Shown here one piece after another: positions 32,781 through 42,921 of a stretch of 57,414 nucleotides of DNA; positions within the stretch are counted from its first letter, which is position 1; every line of letters begins with the position of its first letter. Below the pieces are notes generated by a model. It ran no database searches and had not been told where the DNA came from. It saw nothing but the letters and a program-made list of their open reading frames with translations. This stretch comes from Candidatus Omnitrophota bacterium (GTDB lineage: Bacteria; Omnitrophota; Gorgyraeia; Zapsychrales; Fredricksoniimonadaceae): contig CAWHFJ010000010.1 of assembly GCA_963828495.1 (NCBI GenBank), positions 1 through 57,414 of the forward strand, written 5' to 3'. The translations under genes and the position numbers were made by a program.

Positions 32781-34213
32781 TGAGAATCTTTGCCCCATGT
32801 CTTTTCCAGATAGGACTCGCGCCCGGAATTATCGTGGTACGAATTATATTGAATCGCACTTTTTTGGTAATATTTCTGATGATAATCTTCCGCCGGATAA
32901 AATGTTGACGCCGGTAGAATTTGAGTCGCAATAGGTTGATGAAAACGGCCGGAAGCGTTCAGGGCCCCTTTAGACTTCTCTGCCAGGCGTTTTTGTTCTT
33001 CATTGTGGTAAAAAATCACGGTCCTGTATTGCGTGCCTTCATCCACAAACTGGCCGTTCATCTGGGTGGGGTTAATATTATGCCAGTAGATGTTCAGGAT
33101 TTTTTCATAGGAAACCACCTGTGGGTCGAATTCTACCTGAATGGCTTCAGCATGACCGGTTGTGCCTGAAGAGACTTCCTCATAAGTGGGATTGGGAGTA
33201 GTCCCGCCGGTATAACCCACGGTCGTTTTCTTGACCCCTGGGGTATGGTCAAAAAAAGGCTGCATGCACCAAAAGCATCCGCCGGCAAAAGTCGCTTTTT
33301 CTAAATGCGGGTCCTTCAGCGCAACCCCCTGCTCTGAAGGTACGAATTTTAGGGCCACTGAATTGATACAATATCGCTTGCCTGTCGGTGCCGGGCCGTC
33401 ATCAAAGACATGCCCCAGATGCGCCCCACAGCGCGGGCAATACACCTCAATACGGGTCATACCAAGAGTTTTGTCCGTCAAATAAGCCATATTTTTCTCA
33501 TCAATGGGCTTGGTAAAACTGGGCCAGCCGGTTCCCGAGTCAAATTTATCCTCTGATGAAAATAAATCCAGACCGCAGTCAACACATTGATAAATGCCTT
33601 TGCGATGATTGTTGACATATTCTCCGATAAATGGCCTCTCAGTCCCTTTCCGGCGGGTCACATGATATTGCAAAGGAGTCAATATTTTCTTCCATTCTTC
33701 TGATGTCTTTTCTATCTTGGAGGTTTGAATATAAGATTGAGTGGCGGCATCATAAACCTCAATAGTATTTTGAGTTGTCATAGCTAATCCCTCCAATGCT
33801 TGCAATACTTGAGAAAATTCTTTAGAACTCGCAGCCCCTATGATCCGGGAATCTTTGACTTCATGACCATGGCTATCCAAAAAAACAACTGTCGGCACGC
33901 CGTCAATTTCATATTCCTGGATAATACTTTGCACTTTTGGCTCATCCATATCAGTCACATCCACCCGCAAGGCGGTCACTCGAGCCAATTGAGCTATAAT
34001 GGAAGGATCTGAAAAAACGGTTTGGTCTAATTCATGACAACCGGGACACCAGTCCGCATAAAAATCAATGACAACAGGTTTTTTTTGGTTGATGGAATTT
34101 AGCACCGCCTGCTTGCTGTAAGGCTTCCAAACAGATTGTCCTTGCTCCAAACCCACCTGCCGGCATGAGGTCAAAACAACGATCAGAAATATTAAACCAA
34201 TTAAATTTTTCAT
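32777..34213 (-). CDS. msrAB: Lipoprotein thioredoxin-MsrB-MsrA fusion
   Basis: Lipobox LTSC; [10 protein letters not shown]; Msr[30 protein letters not shown]; Msr[21 protein letters not shown]. Confidence 0.9.
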   Translation of the reverse strand: MKNLIGLIFLIVVLTSCRQVGLEQGQSVWKPYSKQAVLNSINQKKPVVIDFYADWCPGCHELDQTVFSDPSIIAQLARVTALRVDVTDMDEPKVQSIIQEYEIDGVPTVVFLDSHGHEVKDSRIIGAASSKEFSQVLQALEGLAMTTQNTIEVYDAATQSYIQTSKIEKTSEEWKKILTPLQYHVTRRKGTERPFIGEYVNNHRKGIYQCVDCGLDLFSSEDKFDSGTGWPSFTKPIDEKNMAYLTDKTLGMTRIEVYCPRCGAHLGHVFDDGPAPTGKRYCINSVALKFVPSEQGVALKDPHLEKATFAGGCFWCMQPFFDHTPGVKKTTVGYTGGTTPNPTYEEVSSGTTGHAEAIQVEFDPQVVSYEKILNIYWHNINPTQMNGQFVDEGTQYRTVIFYHNEEQKRLAEKSKGALNASGRFHQPIATQILPASTFYPAEDYHQKYYQKSAIQYNSYHDNSGRESYLEKTWGKDSQ

Positions 34214-35107
34214 TTAACAACCGGTACCGTTGGTCACGCAAATATCATCGCCAGCTTTTGATACAACACCGGCCGCACTAACTGTAGGGGAGACAACGGG
34301 CGGCGGATTATGTACTAAAAAGCCATCTGCGTAATACTCATGACTGCCGTCTAATTGCGGGTTATAAACAACCACATCCTTGAATATTTTGAATGCAATC
34401 TTTTTCAGCCGTATTAACCCGGTGCGACCAACCAATCCGTCCCCCACTTGAAGTAGACCCACGTTAATTCCCGAATGTTGCTTTTGAGCTGTTTTAGGAT
34501 TAAGCGCCTTCCAGCCATGATCCGTCATAAAAAGATGGTCATCCGTCACAAAATATCTGCCCCCGTTAAAAGCATAGATCTTCCTGTCTTCTTTGGGCAT
34601 GACTTTAAAATGAACAAACTTATTGCGTGCTTGCTGTGAACCTAATAGCACATCCCCCGCTTGCAGGCTTTCAATGGCCTTCGTATGTCCATTGGCCAGC
34701 AGGACCTTCGTCCCTGATATAAAACACCCCCATTGACCATTCGGTCCCATAGAACCAATGACATAATATTGTCCATTCGCGGAAAGGTAATAATTATACT
34801 CCGTTGCAGGTGTAGGATTAAAAGGATCATAGAGTGGACTGGTAATGACCTGTGGTGTGGCCGAGACTAAATAATCAGCTCCCAGTGTAGTTGTCGCAGA
34901 ACCGGGAGTTCCGGGATAGGTAGACGGCGATGAATTGCTATAATACGACTCCACTGCCGCCTGAAGAGTTTGCAACTCAGCTTTGACCTGGGTTATTTGA
35001 CCTGCTTGCTGCATACCACTCATGCGCGGGATGGCAATACCAATAAGTATCGCCAGCACAGAGAGAACAATCACTAATTCTAGGATCGTAAAAGCTTTTT
35101 TGTTCAT
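34214..35107 (-). CDS. GspG/type IV pilin-like protein with internal Hint domain, copy 4 (+1 = Pro)
   Basis: MNKKA|FTILE prepilin motif, Pro22; Hint 34307-34726 (CFISGT..TDDH..VYN..LVHN), followed by PPPVVS. Confidence 0.88.
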   Translation of the reverse strand: MNKKAFTILELVIVLSVLAILIGIAIPRMSGMQQAGQITQVKAELQTLQAAVESYYSNSSPSTYPGTPGSATTTLGADYLVSATPQVITSPLYDPFNPTPATEYNYYLSANGQYYVIGSMGPNGQWGCFISGTKVLLANGHTKAIESLQAGDVLLGSQQARNKFVHFKVMPKEDRKIYAFNGGRYFVTDDHLFMTDHGWKALNPKTAQKQHSGINVGLLQVGDGLVGRTGLIRLKKIAFKIFKDVVVYNPQLDGSHEYYADGFLVHNPPPVVSPTVSAAGVVSKAGDDICVTNGTGC

Positions 35108-35115
35108 ATGGCTTC

Positions 35116-36009
35116 TTAACAGCCAGTACCATTGGTCACGCAAATATCATCGGCAACTTTTGTTACAACACCGGTCGTACTAACTGTAGGGTAGGGAGGA
35201 TGGATCGTATTATGTACTAAAAAGCCATCCGCGTAATACTCATGACTGCCGTCTAATTGCGGGTTATAAACAACCGCATCCTTGAATATTTTGAATGCAA
35301 TCTTCTTCAGCCGTATTAACCCGGTGCGACCAACCAATTCGTCCCCCACTTGAAGTAGACCCACGTTAATTCCCGAATGTTGCTTTTGAGCTGTTTTAGG
35401 ATTAAGCGCCTTCCAGCCATGATCCGTCATAAAAAGATGGTCATCCGTCACAAAATATCTGCCCCCGTTAAAAGCATAGATCTTCCTGTCTTCTTTGGGC
35501 ATGACTTTAAGATGAACTACCTTATTACGTGCTTGCTGTGAACCTAATAGCACATCCCCCGCTTGCAGGCTTTCAATGGCCTTCGTATGTCCATTGGCCA
35601 GCAGGACCTTCGTCCCTGAGATAAAACACCCCCATTGACCATTCGGTCCCATAGAACCAATGACATAATATTGTCCATTCGCGGAAAGGTAATAATTATA
35701 CTCCGTTGCAGGTGTAGGATTAAAAGGATCATAGAGCGGACTGGTAATGATCTGTGGTGTGGCCGATACTAAATAATCAGCTCCCAGTGTAGTTGTCGCA
35801 GAACCGGGAGTTCCGGGATAGGTAGACGGCGATGAATTGCTATAATACGACTCCACTGCCGCCTGAAGAGTTTGTAGCTCAGCTTTGACCTGGGTTATTT
35901 GACCTGCTTGCTGCATACCCTTCATACGCGGGATGGCAATACCAATAAGTATCACCAGCACAGAGAGAACAATCACTAATTCTAGGATCGTAAAAGCTTT
36001 TTTGTTCAT
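35116..36009 (-). CDS. GspG/type IV pilin-like protein with internal Hint domain, copy 3 (+1 = Thr)
   Basis: Same architecture; Hint 35209-35628, followed by TIHPPY. Confidence 0.88.
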   Translation of the reverse strand: MNKKAFTILELVIVLSVLVILIGIAIPRMKGMQQAGQITQVKAELQTLQAAVESYYSNSSPSTYPGTPGSATTTLGADYLVSATPQIITSPLYDPFNPTPATEYNYYLSANGQYYVIGSMGPNGQWGCFISGTKVLLANGHTKAIESLQAGDVLLGSQQARNKVVHLKVMPKEDRKIYAFNGGRYFVTDDHLFMTDHGWKALNPKTAQKQHSGINVGLLQVGDELVGRTGLIRLKKIAFKIFKDAVVYNPQLDGSHEYYADGFLVHNTIHPPYPTVSTTGVVTKVADDICVTNGTGC

Positions 36010-36019
36010 ATGGTCTCCT

Positions 36020-36910
36020 CTAACAGCCTGTTCCATTGGTCACGCAAATATCATCGGCAACTTTTGATACAACACCGGTCGTACTAACTGTAGGAGGAGA
36101 GGTGGGCACATTATGTACTAAAAAACCATCCGCATAATACTCATGACTGCCGTCTAATTGCGGGTTATAAACAACCGCATCCTTGAATATTTTGAATGCA
36201 ATCTTTTTCAGCTGTATTAACCCGGTGCGCGTAACAACTTCGTCCCCTACTTTCAGCTGGCCCACTTTGATTCCTGGATGTTGCTTTTGAGCTGTTTTAG
36301 GATCAATCGCCTTCCAGCCTTCCTTGGTCATAAAAAGATGGTCATCCGTCACAAAATATCTGCCCCCGTTAAACGCATAGATCTTCCTGTCTTCTTTCGG
36401 CATGACTTTAAGATGAACAACCTTATTACGTGCTTGCTGTGAACCTAATAGCATATCCCCCGCTTGCAGGCTTTCAATGGCCTTCGTATGTCTATTGGCC
36501 AGCAGGACCTTCGTCCCTGATATAAAACACCCCCATTTACCATTCGGTCCCATAGAACTAATGACATAATATTGTCCATTCGTAGAAAGGTAATAATTAT
36601 ACTCCGTTGCAGGTGTAGGATTAAAAGGATCATAAAGCGGACTGGTAATGATCTGTGGTGTGGCCGATACTAAATAATTAGCTCCCAGTGTAGTTGTCGC
36701 AGAACCGGGAGTTCCGGGATAGGTAGACGGCGATGAATTGCTATAATACGACTCCACTGCCGCCTGAAGAGTTTGTAACTCAGCTTTAACCTGGGTTATT
36801 TGACCTGCTTGCTGCATACCCTTCATACGCGGGATGGCAATACCAATAAGTATCACCAGCACCGAGAGGACAATCACTAATTCTAGGATCGTAAAAGCTT
36901 TTTTGTTCAT
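36020..36910 (-). CDS. GspG/type IV pilin-like protein with internal Hint domain, copy 2 (+1 = Val)
   Basis: Same architecture; Hint 36110-36529, followed by VPTSP. Confidence 0.88.
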   Translation of the reverse strand: MNKKAFTILELVIVLSVLVILIGIAIPRMKGMQQAGQITQVKAELQTLQAAVESYYSNSSPSTYPGTPGSATTTLGANYLVSATPQIITSPLYDPFNPTPATEYNYYLSTNGQYYVISSMGPNGKWGCFISGTKVLLANRHTKAIESLQAGDMLLGSQQARNKVVHLKVMPKEDRKIYAFNGGRYFVTDDHLFMTKEGWKAIDPKTAQKQHPGIKVGQLKVGDEVVTRTGLIQLKKIAFKIFKDAVVYNPQLDGSHEYYADGFLVHNVPTSPPTVSTTGVVSKVADDICVTNGTGC

Positions 36911-36918
36911 ATGGCCTC

Positions 36919-37809
36919 TTAACAGCCAGTACCATTGGTCACACAAATATCATCGGCAGCTTTTGATACAACACCGGTCGTACTAACTGTAGGGGATGAA
37001 ACAACCGCATTATGTACTAAAAAGCCATCCGCGTAATATTCATGACTGCCGTCTAATTGCGGGTTATAAACAACCACATTCTTGAATATTTTAAACTCAA
37101 TCTTTTTCAGCCGTATTAACCCGGTACGAGTAACAACTTCGTCCCCTACTTTCAGCTGGCCCACTTTAATTCCCGAGTGCTGCTTTTGAGCTGTTTTAGG
37201 ATCAAGCGCCTTCCAGCCATGATCCGTCATAAAAAGATGGTCATCCGTCACAAAATATCTGCCCCCGTTAAACGCATAGATCTTCCTGTCTTCTTTCGGC
37301 ATGACTTTAAGATGAACAACCTTATTACGTGCTTGCTGTGAACCTAATAGCATATCCCCCGCTTGCAGGCTTTCAATGGCCTTCGTATGTCTATTGGCCA
37401 GCAGGACCTTCGTCCCTGAGACAAAACACCCCCATTTACCATTCGGTCCCATAGAACCAATGACATAATATTGTCCATTCGTAGAAAGGTAATAATTATA
37501 CTCCGTTGCAGGTGTAGGATTAAAAGGATCATAGAGTGGACTGGTAATGATCTGTGGTGTGGCCGATACTAAATAATTAGCTCCCAGTGTAGTTGTCGCA
37601 GAACCGGGAGTTCCGGGATAGGTAGACGGCGATGAATTGCTATAATACGACTCCACTGCCGCCTGAAGAGTTTGTAACTCAGCTTTGACCTGGGTTATTT
37701 GACCTGCTTGCTGCATACCCTTCATACGCGGGATGGCAATACCAATAAGTATCACCAGCACCGAGAGGACAATCACTAATTCTAGGATCGTAAAAGCTTT
37801 TTTGTTCAT
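36919..37809 (-). CDS. GspG/type IV pilin-like protein with internal Hint domain, copy 1 (+1 = Ala)
   Basis: GAGGAGG RBS; Hint 37009-37428 (C128-N267), followed by AVVSS. Confidence 0.88.
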   Translation of the reverse strand: MNKKAFTILELVIVLSVLVILIGIAIPRMKGMQQAGQITQVKAELQTLQAAVESYYSNSSPSTYPGTPGSATTTLGANYLVSATPQIITSPLYDPFNPTPATEYNYYLSTNGQYYVIGSMGPNGKWGCFVSGTKVLLANRHTKAIESLQAGDMLLGSQQARNKVVHLKVMPKEDRKIYAFNGGRYFVTDDHLFMTDHGWKALDPKTAQKQHSGIKVGQLKVGDEVVTRTGLIRLKKIEFKIFKNVVVYNPQLDGSHEYYADGFLVHNAVVSSPTVSTTGVVSKAADDICVTNGTGC

Positions 37810-37826
37810 ATGCCCTCCTCACTGAA

Positions 37827-37835
37827 AGTATATCA
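37827..37835 (-). promoter_or_regulatory. Putative extended -10 promoter of the pilin-Hint array
   Basis: TGATATACT (TGn-TATACT) on the minus strand just upstream of the RBS. Confidence 0.35.
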
Positions 37836-37931
37836 TAAATTTACCATTCCCACGAATAATTGCAAACCAATTTAATGAAATGATAAATAACTGTTGCGAC
37901 GAAAAACTGCCGGATGTAGTATAGAAAACCT

Positions 37932-39470
37932 ATGAAAGTGGTGATCCTTAATCCATCCTTTGGGGATGATTTTGTACGGGTAGCCCGTTGGGCTGCCAAA
38001 TCCCGCGGACGTGTTCAACGCCATCCCGAATATTTGCTGACAGCCGCGCAAGTCCTCATTGATGCCGGGCATGACACTCATTTTATTGAGGCTGCCGCGC
38101 GTAATTTTACCCAAAAAGAATCTGTTGAAACAACCATAGCCCTCCAACCTGACCTTTTAGTCATCCATGCGACCACCCCTTCTATTTATGCGGACATTGA
38201 AGGTGCCCGTATCATTAAAGATAAAACCAAATGCAAAGTGGCTTTTGTGGGCCAGCATGCCACCGCTGAAGTGGACAATACCTTTGACATAGGCCGAGGG
38301 GTCGTGGATTATATTTTGCCACGCGAATACGATTATACGTTGCGTGACCTGGCAGGTGGCCTTGCGGACGATAAAAATTTGGGGCTTTGCTGGCTTTCCA
38401 ACGGAAAAGTGATAAAAAATATGCCCCGCGCTGACATCGATGTCAACGAGCTCCCCTTTCCCGCGTGGCACCTCATCCAGCCCGAATGGTATCCTGACGC
38501 CGGTAAAAAATTCCCTTTTTTGACTTTAATGACCGGCCGCGGCTGTAATAATGCCTGCACTTTCTGCCGTGACCCTCAGTTGATGTATGGCTATAAATTA
38601 CGCAGTCGCAAAGCCGAACTGGTTATCGCTGAAATGGAATATGATTTAAAGCTTTTTCCCCAAATCCGCGAGATCATGTTTGAAACAGACACCTTTGCCG
38701 CTGACCGCCAGAATGTCATTGATGTCTGCAATTTGATCATTGCCAAAGGCCTTCATAAAAAGATCAGCTGGTCATGCAATATGCGTGTGAACACGGACTT
38801 AAGCCTTCTGCCTTTAATGCGTCAAGCCGGCTGCCGTATGTTGATGACCGGTTTTGAATTTGGTACCGATGAAAATTTACGCGTTGTTCGTAAAGGCGGC
38901 GTTTCTATTGATATGGCCCGTGCCTATGCCAAAGAAGCTCACCGGCTGGGATTTACCGTTCATGGTTGTTTTATGTTCGGCGCTCCCGGCGAAACCAAAG
39001 ACAGTGCGCGTCAAACCATTGAATTTGCCAAGTCCATGCCTTTGGACACTATTCAGTTTACCGGGATAGCCTGTTATCCGGGCACGTCACTGTATCAATG
39101 GGCCAAAGAAAATAATTACCTATTAGCCCGTGATTGGAAAGACTGGCTGACCGAATGCGGCGAACAGCGCACGTTGCTTTCCTATCCTCAATTTTCCCAT
39201 AAAGATATCGACGAGTATATTGATATAGGTCTCAAAGAATTTTATTTAAGGCCGAAACAGATATGGCGCATGTTTATTGCTATTCATTCCATGGGAGATT
39301 TCCTGCGCAAATTATACGGATTGAAAGCTTTTGTGCATTATTTCACTCAAAAAATGTTTAGAGTCCTCCCCGCCAAACGCCCGGATGAAAAACCAACACC
39401 AAAATTTCTAAAGCGCACGGTACGTGTGCGCCCCAAACAAAACATCCCTGTATTGACACCTGTGCATTGA
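37932..39470 (+). CDS. B12-binding-domain radical SAM protein (HpnJ/BchE-like)
   Basis: GRGCNNACTFC (CxxxCxxC), N-terminal cobalamin-binding-like region, GAPGET, YPGT. Confidence 0.85.
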   Translation: MKVVILNPSFGDDFVRVARWAAKSRGRVQRHPEYLLTAAQVLIDAGHDTHFIEAAARNFTQKESVETTIALQPDLLVIHATTPSIYADIEGARIIKDKTKCKVAFVGQHATAEVDNTFDIGRGVVDYILPREYDYTLRDLAGGLADDKNLGLCWLSNGKVIKNMPRADIDVNELPFPAWHLIQPEWYPDAGKKFPFLTLMTGRGCNNACTFCRDPQLMYGYKLRSRKAELVIAEMEYDLKLFPQIREIMFETDTFAADRQNVIDVCNLIIAKGLHKKISWSCNMRVNTDLSLLPLMRQAGCRMLMTGFEFGTDENLRVVRKGGVSIDMARAYAKEAHRLGFTVHGCFMFGAPGETKDSARQTIEFAKSMPLDTIQFTGIACYPGTSLYQWAKENNYLLARDWKDWLTECGEQRTLLSYPQFSHKDIDEYIDIGLKEFYLRPKQIWRMFIAIHSMGDFLRKLYGLKAFVHYFTQKMFRVLPAKRPDEKPTPKFLKRTVRVRPKQNIPVLTPVH

Positions 39471-39518
39471 TTTGCTATATTTGTAGGCTATAAACTAACA
39501 TTTTGGAAGGAGTTTTAT

Positions 39519-39800
39519 ATGGCACACGTTGTGGCTCAACCTTGTATCAAATGTAAATATACAGACTGTGTTACCGTTTGTCCCGTGGATTGCTTTCGCG
39601 AAGACGCAGAAATGCTCGTCATTGACCCGGAAGTATGTATTGATTGCGGCGCGTGTATTCCGGAGTGCCCTGTTGCAGCCATTTTTGCTGATGCTGATCT
39701 GCCTGCAGAATATAAAAGCTTTGCAGCGTTAAACGCCACCAAAGCCAAAGAATTACCGGTTATTACCCAGAAGAAACCCCCCTTAGCACCTCCAAAATAA
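39519..39800 (+). CDS. Ferredoxin (FdxA-like)
   Basis: [30 protein letters not shown]; AAGGAG RBS. Confidence 0.93.
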   Translation: MAHVVAQPCIKCKYTDCVTVCPVDCFREDAEMLVIDPEVCIDCGACIPECPVAAIFADADLPAEYKSFAALNATKAKELPVITQKKPPLAPPK

Positions 39801-39803
39801 TCT

Positions 39804-40358
39804 CTAAAGGGCGAGGATATTATTAATAGCAAAAATATACCACAGGTTGGCAGCCACGTGGGTGCCCTGCTTTATTTGCTCTAACAGAAAATTTTGAGCA
39901 CCCTGACGGGTCACCAGGCAGACCTGAATATCTTCCGAATCCTCCAGTTCTTGCACGGGATTTTGATTGGCAGGCAGTTGTTCATCGACTTCAACATAAA
40001 CAATTCTGGCGCTGTCATTGATAAGAGCAGCCCCTGTTTTTAAAACAGGGCTGACATCGACAATCTTACCGACATACCCGGTCTCTTCTTTTAATTCTAC
40101 CAAAGCATGATTGGGATCATTAAATCCTAAACCTGCCGGAAAAGCCATAATATACCCATCAATGGCCGGACGATATTGTTTGATCAGAATAAAACGTTGG
40201 GAAGGCATCAGACGGGCGACGATCACAACACCAACATTTGAACGTGTGCGATGAACTGTCTCCCAAGTGAGTTTCTTACCTTGCTTGTTTTGGTAGATAG
40301 TTTCATGGACTGAAAGCCATTGCCCTTTATATAGGGTCTTCTCGTCGATTTTTTTCAT
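39804..40358 (-). CDS. NUDIX hydrolase (ADP-ribose pyrophosphatase-like)
   Basis: KQYRPAI..FPAG..ELKEETGY. Confidence 0.85.
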   Translation of the reverse strand: MKKIDEKTLYKGQWLSVHETIYQNKQGKKLTWETVHRTRSNVGVVIVARLMPSQRFILIKQYRPAIDGYIMAFPAGLGFNDPNHALVELKEETGYVGKIVDVSPVLKTGAALINDSARIVYVEVDEQLPANQNPVQELEDSEDIQVCLVTRQGAQNFLLEQIKQGTHVAANLWYIFAINNILAL

Positions 40359-40613
40359 ACTGCAGTAATCTCATCTGCCAGCAAAAGAACATTGTGTTGC
40401 GGGGTCACTTCTAAAATACCGCTGGTGATCTCATACGCTGTGACCTGACCGTCTTTGCGCACACGGGCATGGCCTCTTTTTAAAGTCGCCATCAAAGGCG
40501 TATGCCGGCTATAGACTCCAAAACTTCCCTCTGTTCCGGGTACAGAAATAGAATCAACAGTGCCGTCAAAAATTTTACCAACCGGGTGAAACTATGGACA
40601 GTTGAAAACTCAT
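40355..40613 (-). CDS. atpC: ATP synthase epsilon subunit (short form; one frameshift; not in ORF track)
   Basis: MSFQLSIVSP/GKIFDGTVDSISVPGTEGSFGVYSRHTPLMATLK...ITSGILEV..LLADEITAV*. Confidence 0.85.
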
Positions 40614-40615
40614 AT

Positions 40616-42033
<1,418 letters not shown>

Positions 42034-42044
42034 AAATAACCTTT

Positions 42045-42915
42045 CTATTTCAGCGCTTCTGCTCCGGATATGACTTCAATTAATTCCGTTGTGATCCCCG
42101 CTTGCCGCGCACGATTGCGCAACAGCGTGTAGCGGTCAATTAAATCTACCGTATTCTGGGACGCTTTATCCATCGCTGACATGCGTGCCCCGTGTTCACC
42201 GGCCGCATTTTCCAGTAATACAAAGAAAATTTTAAAACTCAAAAATTTAGGGATTAAGAATGAAAATATCTGGGTTTCTTGAGGTTCATACGTATAGTAG
42301 GCGTTGGGGAACCGCATGTCATTGCGGACTAAAACAGACGGCTCCAAAGGCAATATTTTTTCAATCACCGGCGTTTGGGACAAAGGCCCGTTAAAATGAT
42401 TGTAGGCCAAATAAATTTCGTCGTATTCTTCTTTGATAAACGCGGTTGTCATATCTTGGGCGACGTTTAAGGCGTCATTGAAATCCGGCTTAACCGTGAT
42501 ATTTTCATAATATTTCCGGATGCGCGCGCTACGGCGAAAAGACATATACCCCCGGCGCCCGCAAAAACTCATGTCCATGGTGGCGTACTTATGACGATTG
42601 TCTTGTGCCCAGCTTCTTGGTTTTTCGAATCAAATTATTATTAAAAGCGCCGCACAGCCCCTTGTCTGAAGTAAATAAAATGATCAAAGCCCTTGTCGCT
42701 GTTTTTTGTATTTTAAACAACGGATGATTCTCCGAGCCTGCCCTGGCAAGGCGCGCTATGAGTTCGGAGAGCTTGGCCGCATACTCCTTAGCATTGATTT
42801 GCGCCTTATAGGCCTTCTTGAATTTGCTGGCCGAAACCATTTTCATGGTTTTGGTCATCTTGCCCATATTTTTCAGCGAAATAATTTTCTTATTATATGC
42901 TTTGATACTGATCAT
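42045..42915 (-). CDS. atpG: ATP synthase gamma subunit, frameshift near 42590
   Basis: [33 protein letters not shown]. Confidence 0.93.
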
Positions 42916-42921
42916 ATGCGT

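Larger units (their letters stand above)
34214..37809 (-). repeat. Tandem array of four ~900-bp near-identical pilin-Hint genes
   Basis: Starts at 37809, 36910, 36009, 35107 (periods 899, 901, 902 bp); 8-10 nt spacers with SD-like sequences. Confidence 0.97.

Noticed and set aside
35108-36946. Longer upstream starts given by the ORF track for copies 2-4
   Set aside because: They overlap the previous copy; MNKKAF starts have SD-like spacers and match copy 1
34642-37532. Four repeated 62-aa ORFs (MILLILHLQRS...)
   Set aside because: Alternate-frame shadows of the repeated pilin genes with no independent evidence
34214-37809. Diversity-generating retroelement behind the variable patch
   Set aside because: No reverse transcriptase in the window; differences are not adenine-specific and include length changes; no non-coding template repeat
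34214-37809. Polymorphic toxin (Hint-toxin plus immunity) locus or mobile homing intein
   Set aside because: The tail is only 29-30 aa and mostly conserved, there are no immunity ORFs between copies, and no endonuclease domain inside Hint
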